Shown piece after piece: positions 1-9,828 of a stretch of DNA of 64,000 nucleotides. Under the pieces are notes generated by a model. That model was not told the DNA's origin and searched no databases. It saw nothing but the letters and a program-made list of their open reading frames with translations. Every line of letters begins with the position of its first letter. Position 1 is the first letter of the stretch. The stretch is from an uncultured Actinomycetota bacterium (lineage in GTDB: Bacteria > Actinomycetota > Actinomycetes > Propionibacteriales > Nocardioidaceae), in contig CAVXBS010000018.1 of assembly GCA_963759975.1 (NCBI GenBank), forward strand, positions 495,798-559,797, written 5' to 3'. A program made the position numbers and the translations under genes.

Positions 1-762
1 GGTCCGCAGCTTGGCGAACGCCTCCAGCAGCGTGGCGATGCCCTTCATCGGGGCGTCGGCGCTGGCCATCGCGACGATCCGTCCGGGAACGCGCGGGGCG
101 GTCGGCGGGACGAACACGTCGTCGACGCCCAGTGTGATGACCTCGAGCCGCGACGGGTCGACCCCGAAGTCGGTGATGATGTCACGCCGGCTGGACTCGG
201 AGACCGTGAGGATCTTGGGCAGCTGCCGGGCGACCTTCTTCTGCATCCCCAGGAAGCCGTACCAGCGGCGCAGGCTGAGCTTCTTGCGGAGCGTCGGCGC
301 GTTGGCGATGTCGATGCGGCGGTCGAACGTGATCGGGTGATGGATCGTGGTGATCAGCGGGAAGCCCTGCTCGGCGATGTCGAGCATGCCGAACCCGACC
401 GTCTGGTTGTCGTGCACGATGTCGAAGTCGCCGCGACGGCCCTTGAGGAGTCGCGCCACGCGCTTGCTGAACGTCTTGGGCTCGGGGAACCCGGCGGTCC
501 ACATCGTCAGGACCTCTTCGACGTCGATGAGGTCGCGGAACTCCTTGGGCCGCGGCGTACGGAAGGGGTCGGGTTCGCGGTAGAGGTCCAACGAGGGGAC
601 CTTGGTCAGCACGACCCCTTCGTCGAGCTCCGGGTAGGGCTGACCTGAGAACACCTCGACGGTATGACCGAGGGCCACCAGCTCCCGACTGAGGTGGCGG
701 ACGTAGACGCCCTGACCGCCGCAGTGTGGCTTGCTGCGGTAGGACATGAGTGCGATGCGCAA
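1..762 (-). CDS. Glycosyltransferase family 4 protein (3' end outside window)
   Basis: Read manually on the minus strand: TTG start after GGAGG, MRIALMSYRSKPHCGGQGVYVRHLSRELVALGHTVEVFSGQPYP...DIVHDNQ...TIHHP, typical GT-B/GT4 N-terminus; open to window edge. Confidence 0.85.
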   Translation of the reverse strand, partial: MRIALMSYRSKPHCGGQGVYVRHLSRELVALGHTVEVFSGQPYPELDEGVVLTKVPSLDLYREPDPFRTPRPKEFRDLIDVEEVLTMWTAGFPEPKTFSKRVARLLKGRRGDFDIVHDNQTVGFGMLDIAEQGFPLITTIHHPITFDRRIDIANAPTLRKKLSLRRWYGFLGMQKKVARQLPKILTVSESSRRDIITDFGVDPSRLEVITLGVDDVFVPPTAPRVPGRIVAMASADAPMKGIATLLEAFAKLRT

Positions 763-850
763 GTGCCGCCTCCGGTTACTGGCTGGTAGTGAAGTTGTAT
801 CACCCGGCTCCGCATCAGCGGCGACGCGCCTTGTCGAGGATGCCGTCATC

Positions 851-1630
851 TCACGAGCGGGCGCCCTGGCCGCTGTTGCCGGGATAGAACGAGTGGGTCG
901 CGGTGACCCCGCCGTCGACCGCGAACTCGCCGCCGGTGGTGTAGCCGCTCTCGTCGCCGGCCAGGTAGACGTACAACGGCGCGACGTCGTCGGGGGTGCC
1001 CACCCGTTCCAGCGGGACGCGCGTCGCACCCCACTGCATCGCCGCCTCGCCACCGACCTCGCGGGTCATGCCGGTGTCGATCATGCCGGGGTGGACCGAG
1101 TTGACCCGCACGCCGTACGCGCCGAGCTCGACCGCGGCGGCCTTGGTCATGCCGCGGATCGCGAACTTCGTGCCGGTGTACGCCGTCAGGGACGCCATGC
1201 CGGCCAGTCCTTCGACCGAGGAGCAGTTGATGATCGAGCCCTGGCGGTGCTGCTTCATCGACGCCGCGACCGCCCGCATACCGAGGAAGCAGCCCCGCAT
1301 GTTGACGTTGATCAGCAGGTCGAGGTCGTCGAGCGGCATCGTGTCGACCTCGCCGAAGCGCAGGACGCCGGCGTTGTTGACGAGCACGTTGACCGGTCCG
1401 CCGAGCTGCGCCTCGGCTTCGGCCACCAGCCGATCCCACGACGCCGGGTCGCTGACGTCGTGGTGGCTGTACGACGCGGCGTCGCCCAGCTCGTCGGCGA
1501 GGGCAGATCCGTCGGCCACGTCGGCGATGACGACCCGCGCACCTTCAGCGACGAACGCGCGAGCGATCGCCGCGCCCTGTCCTTGCGCGGCGCCGGTGAT
1601 GATGGCGTGCTTGTCCTTGAGGCGAGACAT
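851..1630 (-). CDS. SDR, 3-alpha/20-beta-hydroxysteroid dehydrogenase-like
   Basis: 259 aa ORF; TGAAQGQG, NNAG, YTGTK, VRVNSVHPG motifs. Confidence 0.85.
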   Translation of the reverse strand: MSRLKDKHAIITGAAQGQGAAIARAFVAEGARVVIADVADGSALADELGDAASYSHHDVSDPASWDRLVAEAEAQLGGPVNVLVNNAGVLRFGEVDTMPLDDLDLLINVNMRGCFLGMRAVAASMKQHRQGSIINCSSVEGLAGMASLTAYTGTKFAIRGMTKAAAVELGAYGVRVNSVHPGMIDTGMTREVGGEAAMQWGATRVPLERVGTPDDVAPLYVYLAGDESGYTTGGEFAVDGGVTATHSFYPGNSGQGARS

Positions 1631-1653
1631 CGTTCTCCTTGTGCGTACGGGGG

Positions 1654-2547
1654 CTAGAGGGTGAGGATCGAGTCGGCCGCGAACGAGACCTCAGGGTCAC
1701 GGCCGGCGAAGAAGTCACCGAGGGTCCGGTCGAGCTCGTCGATCGACCAGACATCGGCCTCGGTGTCGAACCGGCGCTCGACGACGGGAGCGGCCAGGAC
1801 CGCCACCATCCCGCCGTAGACGACGAACACCTGGCCGCTGATGCGGGCCGCTGCCGGCGAGGCGAGGTAGGCCACCAGGGGCGCCACATGGTCGGGGCTG
1901 TAGGGGTCGATGGCGGTGCCGGACTCGTCGGGGCCGAACACGTCGGCGGTCATCGCCGTGCGGGCTCGCGGGCAGATGGCGTTGGCCCGTACGCCGATGC
2001 GGGACAGCCCACGAGCGGTCGACAGGGTCAGCGCGGTGATGCCACCCTTGGCCGCCGCGTAGTTGGCCTGACCGGGCGAACCGGTCAGGAATGCCTCGGA
2101 GGCCGTGTTGATGACACTCGCGTCGACGCTCCCGCCGGTCTCCTTGGCCACCTGGCGCCAGTGCGCGGCCGCGTTGCGCGACAGCAGGAAGTGACCGCGC
2201 AGGTGGATGCGGATGACGAGGTCGAACTCCTCGTCCGACATGTTGAACAACATCCGGTCGCGGGTGACGCCGGCGTTGTTGACGAGGACGTCGAGGGCGC
2301 CGTACGTCTCGAGAGCGGTCTGCATGATCAGGTCCGCGGTCGATCGATCGCCCACGTCGCCGGCTGCGATGGCCACCTCGGCGCCCAGCGCCTTGATCTC
2401 GGCAGCGGTCTCGTCAGCGGCACCCGGCAGGTCGTTGAGCACGATGCGGGCACCTGCGCCGGCGAGCGCAAGAGCCTCGGCACGACCGAGTCCTGCTCCC
2501 GCACCCGTGACGACGGCAACCTTGCCGTCGAGCGAGGTGCCGGTCAC
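1654..2547 (-). CDS. hsd4A: SDR, Rv3502c/Hsd4A-like steroid side-chain 3-hydroxyacyl-CoA dehydrogenase
   Basis: TGAGAGLG, NNAG, INTASEA, GQANYAAAK, NAICPRARTAMT; GTG start overlaps the ferredoxin stop; synteny with fdxD. Confidence 0.8.
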   Translation of the reverse strand: MTGTSLDGKVAVVTGAGAGLGRAEALALAGAGARIVLNDLPGAADETAAEIKALGAEVAIAAGDVGDRSTADLIMQTALETYGALDVLVNNAGVTRDRMLFNMSDEEFDLVIRIHLRGHFLLSRNAAAHWRQVAKETGGSVDASVINTASEAFLTGSPGQANYAAAKGGITALTLSTARGLSRIGVRANAICPRARTAMTADVFGPDESGTAIDPYSPDHVAPLVAYLASPAAARISGQVFVVYGGMVAVLAAPVVERRFDTEADVWSIDELDRTLGDFFAGRDPEVSFAADSILTL

Positions 2548-2747
2548 GCAGGGCCCTCGGCGATCCGCAGCGCCGATTTCGGGCACGAGGCCACGGCCCG
2601 CTCGACGCGTGAACGGTTCTCGTCGGTCACCGTCGGGTCCTCGACCTGCAGCTGGTCATCGTCATCGACGAAGAACATGTCCGGTGCCGTCGCCTCGCAC
2701 AAGGCGTTCGCCTCGCAGACGTCGTAGTCGACCTCAACCCTTGCCAT
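2544..2747 (-). CDS. fdxD: Ferredoxin (FdxD-like)
   Basis: 67 aa; CEANALCEATAP...SCP cluster motif. Confidence 0.85.
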   Translation of the reverse strand: MARVEVDYDVCEANALCEATAPDMFFVDDDDQLQVEDPTVTDENRSRVERAVASCPKSALRIAEGPA

Positions 2748-2784
2748 CAGTGACCCGCCTCCTCGCTCGCGCTGAGCGTAGAAC

Positions 2785-2798
2785 TAGAACGTGTTCTA
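2785..2798. promoter_or_regulatory. KstR operator upstream of fdxD-hsd4A
   Basis: TAGAACGTGTTCTA matches TnnAACnnGTTnnA. Confidence 0.85.
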
Positions 2799-2800
2799 GC

Positions 2801-3595
2801 CTAGCCCAGGGCGGTGAGTTTGGATATGGTCCAGTCGCCATCTCCCCTGGTGAGGGTGACCACCAGGCTGTTGCGGCTCATCTGTTGGTTGGCCTTCTTG
2901 CCCGTCCCGGCCGTCGTCGTCTGATTGAGGAACACCAGGACCTTGGCCCGGTGCTCGGTCGCCTTGATGATCGCCGAGGACACCGCGACGGCCTGGAGGA
3001 CGATCTTGTTCTTGGTCGTGTTCGCGCGCACCTGCGCCATCGTGGAGTCGTACTGCTTGCGGAACGTGGGGGTCATCCGGGCTCGCGCGACCTCCATGTC
3101 GTTCGCCAGCGTCTTGTAGTCGTACGACAGGGTGCGCTGGGCGAGGTCCGCGGCCGTGACCAGCACCTCGGTCCGCGCATCGTCACCGACGAGCACCCCG
3201 CCCGGGGCGACCGACGCCGAGCCCTGCTCAGCACGCCACCACGACAGGCCGACGCCGGCTCCAGCAAGCAGGACCAGCACGGCCAGCACCAGGGTCAACC
3301 GGCGCAGCACGAGCTCGCGGAGGTCGCCGAGGCTGGGCACGGCCAGGCGTCGGCCACCAGCGGGCTTCTCGACAAGCTGGGACTCCGGTTCGGCCTCGAG
3401 CTCGGCCGGCGACTCAGGTGCGGGCTCGGGCTTCGCCGGGGCCTGGGACCTGAGCCTTGGCTCGGGCCGGGCCTCCGGCTCGGGCCGCAGGACCGGGGTC
3501 ACGTCCGAGTGGCAGAACCGGCAGCGGGTGGCGGCGGCCTTGATCGTCTCGGCACAAAAGGGGCAGACGCGTTCGTCGCGCTTCAGCTTCGCCAT
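2801..3595 (-). CDS. Mce-associated membrane protein with N-terminal zinc-ribbon-like motif
   Basis: MAKLKRDERVCPFCAETIKAAATRCRFC, Pro/Glu linker, one TM helix, then Mam-like LSYDYKTL...AKVLVFLNQ...WTISKL. Confidence 0.75.
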   Translation of the reverse strand: MAKLKRDERVCPFCAETIKAAATRCRFCHSDVTPVLRPEPEARPEPRLRSQAPAKPEPAPESPAELEAEPESQLVEKPAGGRRLAVPSLGDLRELVLRRLTLVLAVLVLLAGAGVGLSWWRAEQGSASVAPGGVLVGDDARTEVLVTAADLAQRTLSYDYKTLANDMEVARARMTPTFRKQYDSTMAQVRANTTKNKIVLQAVAVSSAIIKATEHRAKVLVFLNQTTTAGTGKKANQQMSRNSLVVTLTRGDGDWTISKLTALG

Positions 3596-3597
3596 GG

Positions 3598-4105
3598 TCA
3601 GCCCACGAACTCGAGCTGGGAGATCAGCCAACGGCTGCCCTGCTTGGCCATGGTCAGCTTGATGCGCCAGAACCGGTCCTCGACCTTGCCCTTGGTGCCC
3701 TTGTTCTGCACCTTGCTGCCCGCCGCCACGAAGACCGTCGCGGAACGCGGCTCGACCTCGCTCAGCCCGATCTCGTCGACCCGGCCCTTGGAGATCGACT
3801 CCTGGCTGACCGCGGTCTCCTTGAGCGACTTGAGCGATGCCGTGTACTGCTTCTTGAAGGTCCCGGTCGAGCCTGCCAGCACCCGCTTGGTCAGCTCGTC
3901 CATCTTGGTGTGGTCGACCGCCAGGAACGCCAGCGTCTCCGACCCGTGCCGCACGAGTGACGTCGGCATAGCGCCCGGCGAGCTCCTCGGTCGGCGTGCT
4001 GCCGGGCGCCGCCTCGCTGCCTCGTACGGCGAAGAGCACCAGCCAGGCCAGCAGGCCGACGAGCGCGAGACCGAGCGCAGCGTTGAGCGCAGACGTACGG
4101 TTCAC
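3598..4105 (-). CDS. Mce-associated membrane protein (frameshift near 3945)
   Basis: GTG start, N-terminal TM, FLAVDHTKM...TGTFKKQY...ATVFVAA...WLISQLEFVG. Confidence 0.7.
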
Positions 4106-5238
4106 GAGTTCCCTCCGGCCGACGCGCCCCTCCAGTCGTAGAGCGGCGGCGCATACTTCATACCACGCATGTTCACGGGCGATCCGGACGTGCACTCGGC
4201 GGGGTAGTACGGCACAAAGCTCTCCTGTGTGGTGGGTCGCCACTGCCCGGGCGGCAGGTAGCCCTCGGTGCAGGCGGGCGGGCTCTGGTTCAGGTTGAGG
4301 TGGACCCGGCCGAACTTCTGGTCGCCCGGCGTCAGCGCCGACGGGCCGGCGGAGATCAGTCGCGGGAAGGTGACCAGCAGCTGTTCGAGGGCGGGCAGAC
4401 GCGCGTCGAGGACCTCGGTCACGTTGACCAGGTGCAGCAGCATCGGCGGCAGCACGGTGCGCAGCGTGCTGACCAGCTTCGTCAGCTCCTCGGCCGCAGG
4501 GCCGGCCCGGTCGAGGATGCGCCCGACGTCGGCGTTCGAGTCGGCCAGCGTGCCGGTGACGTCGGCGAGGTCGCGGGCGAACCCGCGGATGTTCGCGGCG
4601 TTGTCCTGCTGGGTCTGCAGCACCGTCTTGGCGTTGTCCAGCAGGGCGATCGTCGACGGACTCGTTGGCCGCGGCGGCATCGACGAACTTCTGGGTGCTG
4701 TCGACCATCGAGCGCAGCGGATTGGCGTTGTCGCGGAACATCGTGCCGAGCTCGCTGACGACGGTGTTGAGCTCGGTGCCGTCCAGGCTGGAGACGAACC
4801 GGCTGAGGTCCTGCAGGAGCACGTCCTCCCCGAGCGGGAGGCTGTCCTTGGTGCCGTGGACGGTGTCGCCGTCCTTGAGCATCGGCCCCTTCTTGGAGCC
4901 GGGCTCGAACGAGATGTACTGCTCGCCCACGACGCTGAGGTTGTGGACGAACACCGGTGAGTCCGCCGGCACGTGCGTGTCGTCCTCGAGCGCGACGTCG
5001 ACCCGCAGTCCGTCGGCGTCGACGTCCATCTCGGACACCTTGCCGATCTTGACGCCGCGATAGGTGACCTCGCTGCCCTGGTAGAGGCCGCCCGACTCCG
5101 GCAGGAGCACGTGCACCGTGTAGCCGCGGCCCAGCGCCTGGTCGACGAACGCCGAGGTAGGACGCACCCACGTAGACCATGCCCGAGCGCGCTCAGGAGC
5201 ACGAAGGCGAGCAGCCTGACCTTGATGCCGCGCCTCAT
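4102..5238 (-). CDS. mceF: MCE family protein F (frameshifted)
   Basis: MRRGIKVRLLAF start; SGGLYQGSEVTYRGVKIGKV MlaD domain; C-terminal PPACTEGY; split over frames. Confidence 0.8.
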   Translation of the reverse strand: MRRGIKVRLLAFVLLSALGHGLRGCVLPRRSSTRRWAAATRCTCSCRSRAASTRAARSPIAASRSARCPRWTSTPTDCGSTSRSRTTRTCRRTHRCSSTTSASWASSTSRSSPAPRRGRCSRTATPSTAPRTASRSGRTCSCRTSAGSSPAWTAPSSTPSSASSARCSATTPIRCARWSTAPRSSSMPPRPTSPSTIALLDNAKTVLQTQQDNAANIRGFARDLADVTGTLADSNADVGRILDRAGPAAEELTKLVSTLRTVLPPMLLHLVNVTEVLDARLPALEQLLVTFPRLISAGPSALTPGDQKFGRVHLNLNQSPPACTEGYLPPGQWRPTTQESFVPYYPAECTSGSPVNMRGMKYAPPLYDWRGASAGGNS

Positions 5239-6561
5239 GACGATCCTCCGCCGAGCAGGCCACGTGAGCAGCTGGACCAGCGCGCCGTCCGACCCGCTGC
5301 CGCCGGCATCCGGCGTGTCGGCGTGGCGACTGGCGTCCGTCGGGTCGTGGGCGGCGGGTCGTCGAGCCGCCGTGCCCCTCGAGCGTTGGCCAGCGCGTCG
5401 GCCACCTCGTCGACGCTCGACTCCGTGCACAACGGCAAGCGTGCCGAGCAGGGCGCAGAGCTGGTCGATCGCGTCGCCCGCCGGGGAGCAGATCGGCGCG
5501 GCCGGGGTCGCCCGGCACAGCGTGACGACGTCCTGCAGGGTCGTCGGCAGGAGCCCGCCCTCGCTCACCGGCGTGAGCTTGATCTGCATCTTGAAGATGA
5601 CGTTGGCGAAGTCGCCCTTGATGGCGTCGGCCGCGTCGATCGGGAACGGGTAGCTGGCCGCCGACGACCAGACCCGGGCACGAGCGAGTCGCCGGTGTCG
5701 GAGAGCTTGCGGAGCACGGGCTCGAGGTGGCGCAGCTCGGCGATCAGGTCGTCCTTGGTCTCGTTGACGACGCGCGTGCCCACGCTCGCCGAGCTTGTCC
5801 AGCTCGGACAGCATGCTGACGAGCTGCGTGTGCTGGTCGCGCAGCACGGTGATCGCGGGGCCGGCGGCATCCAGCGCGTCCCCGATCGTCTTCTTCTCGG
5901 CGACGAGGGTCCCGGTCAGCCCGTTGAGCGACTCCATCGCCTGCACGATGTCGCCCTTCTGGGAGTTCGAGCGTGCTCACGAGGGTGTTGACCTGGCTGA
6001 GGACGTCACGGATCTTGCCGGTACGCCCGTCCATCATCTCGTTGAGCTCGTGCGTGATGGTCTGGATCTGGCCGACGCCGCCGCCGGTCAGCACGAGTGA
6101 CAAGCGCGCCGAGGACCTCTTCGACCTCGGGATTGCGACCCGTGCGATCCATCGGGATCACGTCGCCGGGTCCGAGCCGTCCGGTGCTGGCGCGTCTTGG
6201 CGTCGGCGCTCGCCGCCGGTGCCGACAGCTCGACGTACTTCTCACCCAGCAGGCTCGTCTGGCGGATCTCGGCCTCCGCGTTGGCGGGAAGCACGACGTC
6301 CTTGCGGATGCAGCATCTTGATCCGGGCGTGCCAGCCGACCCGGGTCACGGACTCGACCTGCCCCACCGGCACGTCGGCCACCATGACCGAGGAGCGCGG
6401 CACCAGGTTGAGCGCGTCGGCGAAGTCGGCGCTGACCTCGAAGCCGTCGCCGCTGCTCGACCTTGTTGCCGGGCAGCGGCAGGTCGTAGACACCGTTGAA
6501 CGTGCAGCCGCTCACCAGGAGCAGCGAGCATCGCACCGACGATCAGGCGAAGGCGCATCAT
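5235..6561 (-). CDS. mceE: MCE family lipoprotein E (LprN-like, frameshifted)
   Basis: Lipobox-like LLVSGC; FADALNLVPRSSVMVADVPVG; IRQTSLLGEKYV; YPFP motif. Confidence 0.8.
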
Positions 6562-7772
6562 GAGCGCACCACCCCCGAGCAGGTCGAGGAGGGTGGGCAG
6601 CTCGCCGGTCTCGCCGGACGGAGCCGAGTTCGCGGGGGTCTCCGGCTCAGACGGGAGCGGTCGTGCGCCGGCTGCGGCACGCTGGCGGCCGGGCCCGACG
6701 TGGCGCGGGCAGCAACGGCTTGAGCAGGTCGGTGAGCATCGTGCAGACCGACTTCAGGCGTGCCGACGGCTGACCAAGGTCTGGCACAGGAACTGGTCGG
6801 GACGGAACTGGATGCCCGGGAGTGATCTGCACGCGGGAGCCGTACGTGCCGGTGCTCGGGCTCGAACGCCAGTGCGAGGTTGCCCATCGCCAGCGAGCCC
6901 TTCTGGACGACCAGGCCGAGGGCGTCCTTCTGGTTGTCGACCCGTTCGAGCAGGCTGCTCAGCAGCTTGACGTCCTTGCCGAGGGTCGCCCGGTTCTCGT
7001 GCACGAAGCCCTTGACGCTGCCGAGCACCTTCGCCAGGGAGGCCAGCACGTCGCGGAGCTCGTCGCGCTCACCGGCGAACTGGCCGGACACCGAGGAGAG
7101 CTCCTTGAGGAACGCCTGGACCGTGGTGTCGTTCGTCGGCCAGGGTGTCGGTGATGTTGCGCCAGCGAACGGACGTTGTCGAACAGCGGGCCGCGGTTGT
7201 CGGCGAACACCTCGGCCGCCTGCGACAGGTTGCGGATCATCTTGGACCCGAGCTCGCCGTTGCCGCCGAGAGCCTTGGCGCTCGCCGACAGCAGGTTGTC
7301 CAGAGCGCCCGCTGGTCGAGCCGGCCTTGGGTCCGAGGGTCATCGCGAGGTCGTCGAGCGACTTGAACATGCGGTCGAGCTCGATCGGGGTCTTGGTGCG
7401 GGCCAGCGGGATGTCGGCGTGGTCCCGCATCTCCGGGCCCTTGGAGTACGCCGGGAAGATCTGGACGTAGCGGTCGGCCACCAGCGTGGGCGTCACGACC
7501 GCGGCCCCGGCGTCGGCCGGCAGCTTGTACTCCTTGTCGTACGTCATCTCGACGCGAACGCTGTCGCCCTCGGGCACGACGGCGGTCACCTCGCCGACGC
7601 GGACGCCCATGACCCTGAGGTGGGTGCCGGGATAGACCGCGACGGCCCGATCGAAGTGCGCGGTGACGGTCCGGGACCCGCCCTCGCGGGGATAGACCAC
7701 GAAGGTCAGCAGCAGCAGCGCGACAGGCACGGCCGCAGCGATCCATTGGGCCCTTCTGCTCATGCCGGTCAT
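6558..7772 (-). CDS. mceD: MCE family protein D (frameshifted)
   Basis: AHFDRAVAVYPGTHLRVMGVRVGEV; PTLVADRYVQ. Confidence 0.8.
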   Translation of the reverse strand: MTGMSRRAQWIAAAVPVALLLLTFVVYPREGGSRTVTAHFDRAVAVYPGTHLRVMGVRVGEVTAVVPEGDSVRVEMTYDKEYKLPADAGAAVVTPTLVADRYVQIFPAYSKGPEMRDHADIPLARTKTPIELDRMFKSLDDLAMTLGPKAGSTSGRSGQPAVGERQGSRRQRRARVQDDPQPVAGGRGVRRQPRPAVRQRPFAGATSPTPWPTNDTTVQAFLKELSSVSGQFAGERDELRDVLASLAKVLGSVKGFVHENRATLGKDVKLLSSLLERVDNQKDALGLVVQKGSLAMGNLALAFEPEHRHVRLPRADHSRASSSVPTSSCARPWSAVGTPEVGLHDAHRPAQAVAARATSGPAASVPQPAHDRSRLSRRPPRTRLRPARPASCPPSSTCSGVVRS

Positions 7773-8759
7773 CCGCCACCTCCGGGCTTGGTGAGGCCGA
7801 ACTCGCCGGTGAAGACACCGGTGATGTTGGGGACGTAGGCGTCGAACCACGGGCCGCTGCCGACGATGTTGCCGAGGATGCTGACGTACGGACCGTAGTT
7901 GTGGATGAGCGTCTCGATCTGGTCCTCCCGGGCGTGCAGGAAGGACAGCACGTTCTCGAGCTTGTCCAGCGTGGGACGCAGCTGTTCGCGGTTGTCCTTG
8001 ACGACGCCCTCGAGCTCGACCGCCAGCCGGTTGGCGTTGACCAGGAGCTCGTGGATCGTCTGCTTGCGCTGGTTGCAGCTCCTGGAAGATCAGGTTGGCC
8101 TGCTTCATCAGCGTCACCAGGTCGCCCTTGCGCTCATCGAGCAGCTGTGGTGACGTTGCTCGAGCGCCGCAGCAGCGTTCTCGATCTCCTCGTCGCGCGA
8201 CGCGATCGTCGTCGAAAGGCGGGACAGCCCGCTGAAGCTCGACCGCACCTCGGGCGCGGCGGAGTCGACGACCTCGGCCAACGAGTCCAGCGCCTTGGTG
8301 AGGTTGGCCTTGTCGGTCTCCTCGGTCTGCGTCGTCAGCTCGCCGAGCGTGCCGACGATGTCGAACGTGACGTCGGTGCGCGTCAGCGGGATCGTGGCAG
8401 CCGGCGTCCATCGTGCCGGACCCCTCGGGCTTGATGTTGAGGAACTTCTCGCCCAGCAGGCTCTTGACCTCGACGCTGGCGCGGGTCGAGCGGCCGAGGG
8501 TCGCGCCGGAGACGTCGAAGTCCGCGATGACCTTCGTGGTGCCGATCCGCAGCTTGTTGACCCGGCCCACGCGGACGCCCGCGACCTGGACCTCGCTGCC
8601 GGTGCGCAGGCCACTCGCGTCGCTCAGCTCGGCGTGATAGGTCGTGCCGCGCAGCCAGGGCAGCTTCTGCAGGTTGAACGAGCCCACCATCACCAGCAGC
8701 AGCAACGCCAGCGAGATGATGCCCATCTGCAGGATCTGGGAGTCACTTCGACGTGCCAT
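7769..8759 (-). CDS. mceC: MCE family protein C (frameshifted)
   Basis: YHAELSDASGLRTGSEVQVAGVRVG; KSLLGEKFL; C-terminal GNIVGSGPWFDAYV. Confidence 0.8.
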
Positions 8760-9828
8760 CAGCGACACCTCTTGGCGTTGCTGTAGAGCGTGAAGTCCGA
8801 CATCTGCTTCTGGACGTCGGCCGGCAGCGTGTCCATCAGTGCGCTGGGCAGCACCACGCCGCCGTGGAACTCGCAGAGGTAGTAGTTGTACCAAGAGCCG
8901 TAGACGCCGATCCGGGTCTGCTTGGCGAGCATCGTCGGGAGCAGGTCGAGCGTCTCGTCGAGGTAGGCCTTGTTCTCGCGGCTTGGCCAGGATCGTGAAC
9001 AGGCGGCGCAGCTGGGCGACATCCTCCTTCAGCAGCGGCCGGCCCTCGCGTCAGCAGGTCGGCGACCGACTCGGTGACGTGGGAGATGTTGGTCAGCGAC
9101 GAGCCGATGACCTCGCGGTCCTTGGCCAGGTCGCCGAACCACGACCGCATGCTCGTGATCAGCTCGTCGAGCTGCTGGTGGTGGTCGTCGACCGTCGTCA
9201 TCAGGGTGCTCAGGTTGGTGATGACGTCGCCGATGAGCTCATCGCGGTCGGCCAACGTGTTGGTGAGCGACGCGGTGTTGGAGAGCAGCTCCTGCACCGT
9301 GCCGCCCTCACCCTGCAGCACCTGGATCAGGTTGAGCGAGAGCTTGTTGACGTCCTCGGGGCGCAGCGCGGCGAACAGCGGCTGGAAGCCCTGGAACAGC
9401 GCGGTCAGGTTGAGCGCGGGCGTCGTGCGGTCCAGCTGCAGGGTCGAGCCGGGCTTCAGCCGCGGCGCCCCTTCCTTGCCCTGCGACAACGACATGTAGC
9501 GGTCGCCGATCAGGTTGAGGAAGCGGATGCTGGCCCGTGAGTCCTGGGTGAGCGGGACACCGTCCTTGACCTTGAACGTCACCATGGCCTCGGTGCGGTG
9601 ATGGATCTTGACGTCCTTGACCTTGCCGACCACGACGCCGGCGATGCGCACCTGGTCGCCTGCCGTCAGCTCCGAGGCACTCGAGAACACCGCCTTGTAC
9701 TCGGTCTGGGAACCGAGGCCGAAACCGCCCATGATCACGACGAGCATGCCCGTCACGATCACCGAGACGAGGGTGAAGATGCCGAGCTTGATCGCGGCGA
9801 GGCTGAAGGCGGTGTCCCGGGCGTTCAT
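8759..9828 (-). CDS. mceB: MCE family protein B (frameshifted)
   Basis: YKAVFSSASELTAGDQVRIAGVVVG; NLIGDRYM; LFQGFQPLF; YGSWYNYYLC. Confidence 0.8.

Noticed and set aside
2801-5518. 905-aa Mce-Mam fusion and other long chimeric ORFs (6558-8894, 43553-45577)
   Set aside because: Mosaics of separate genes joined through frameshifts, with Arg/Pro-rich nonsense segments
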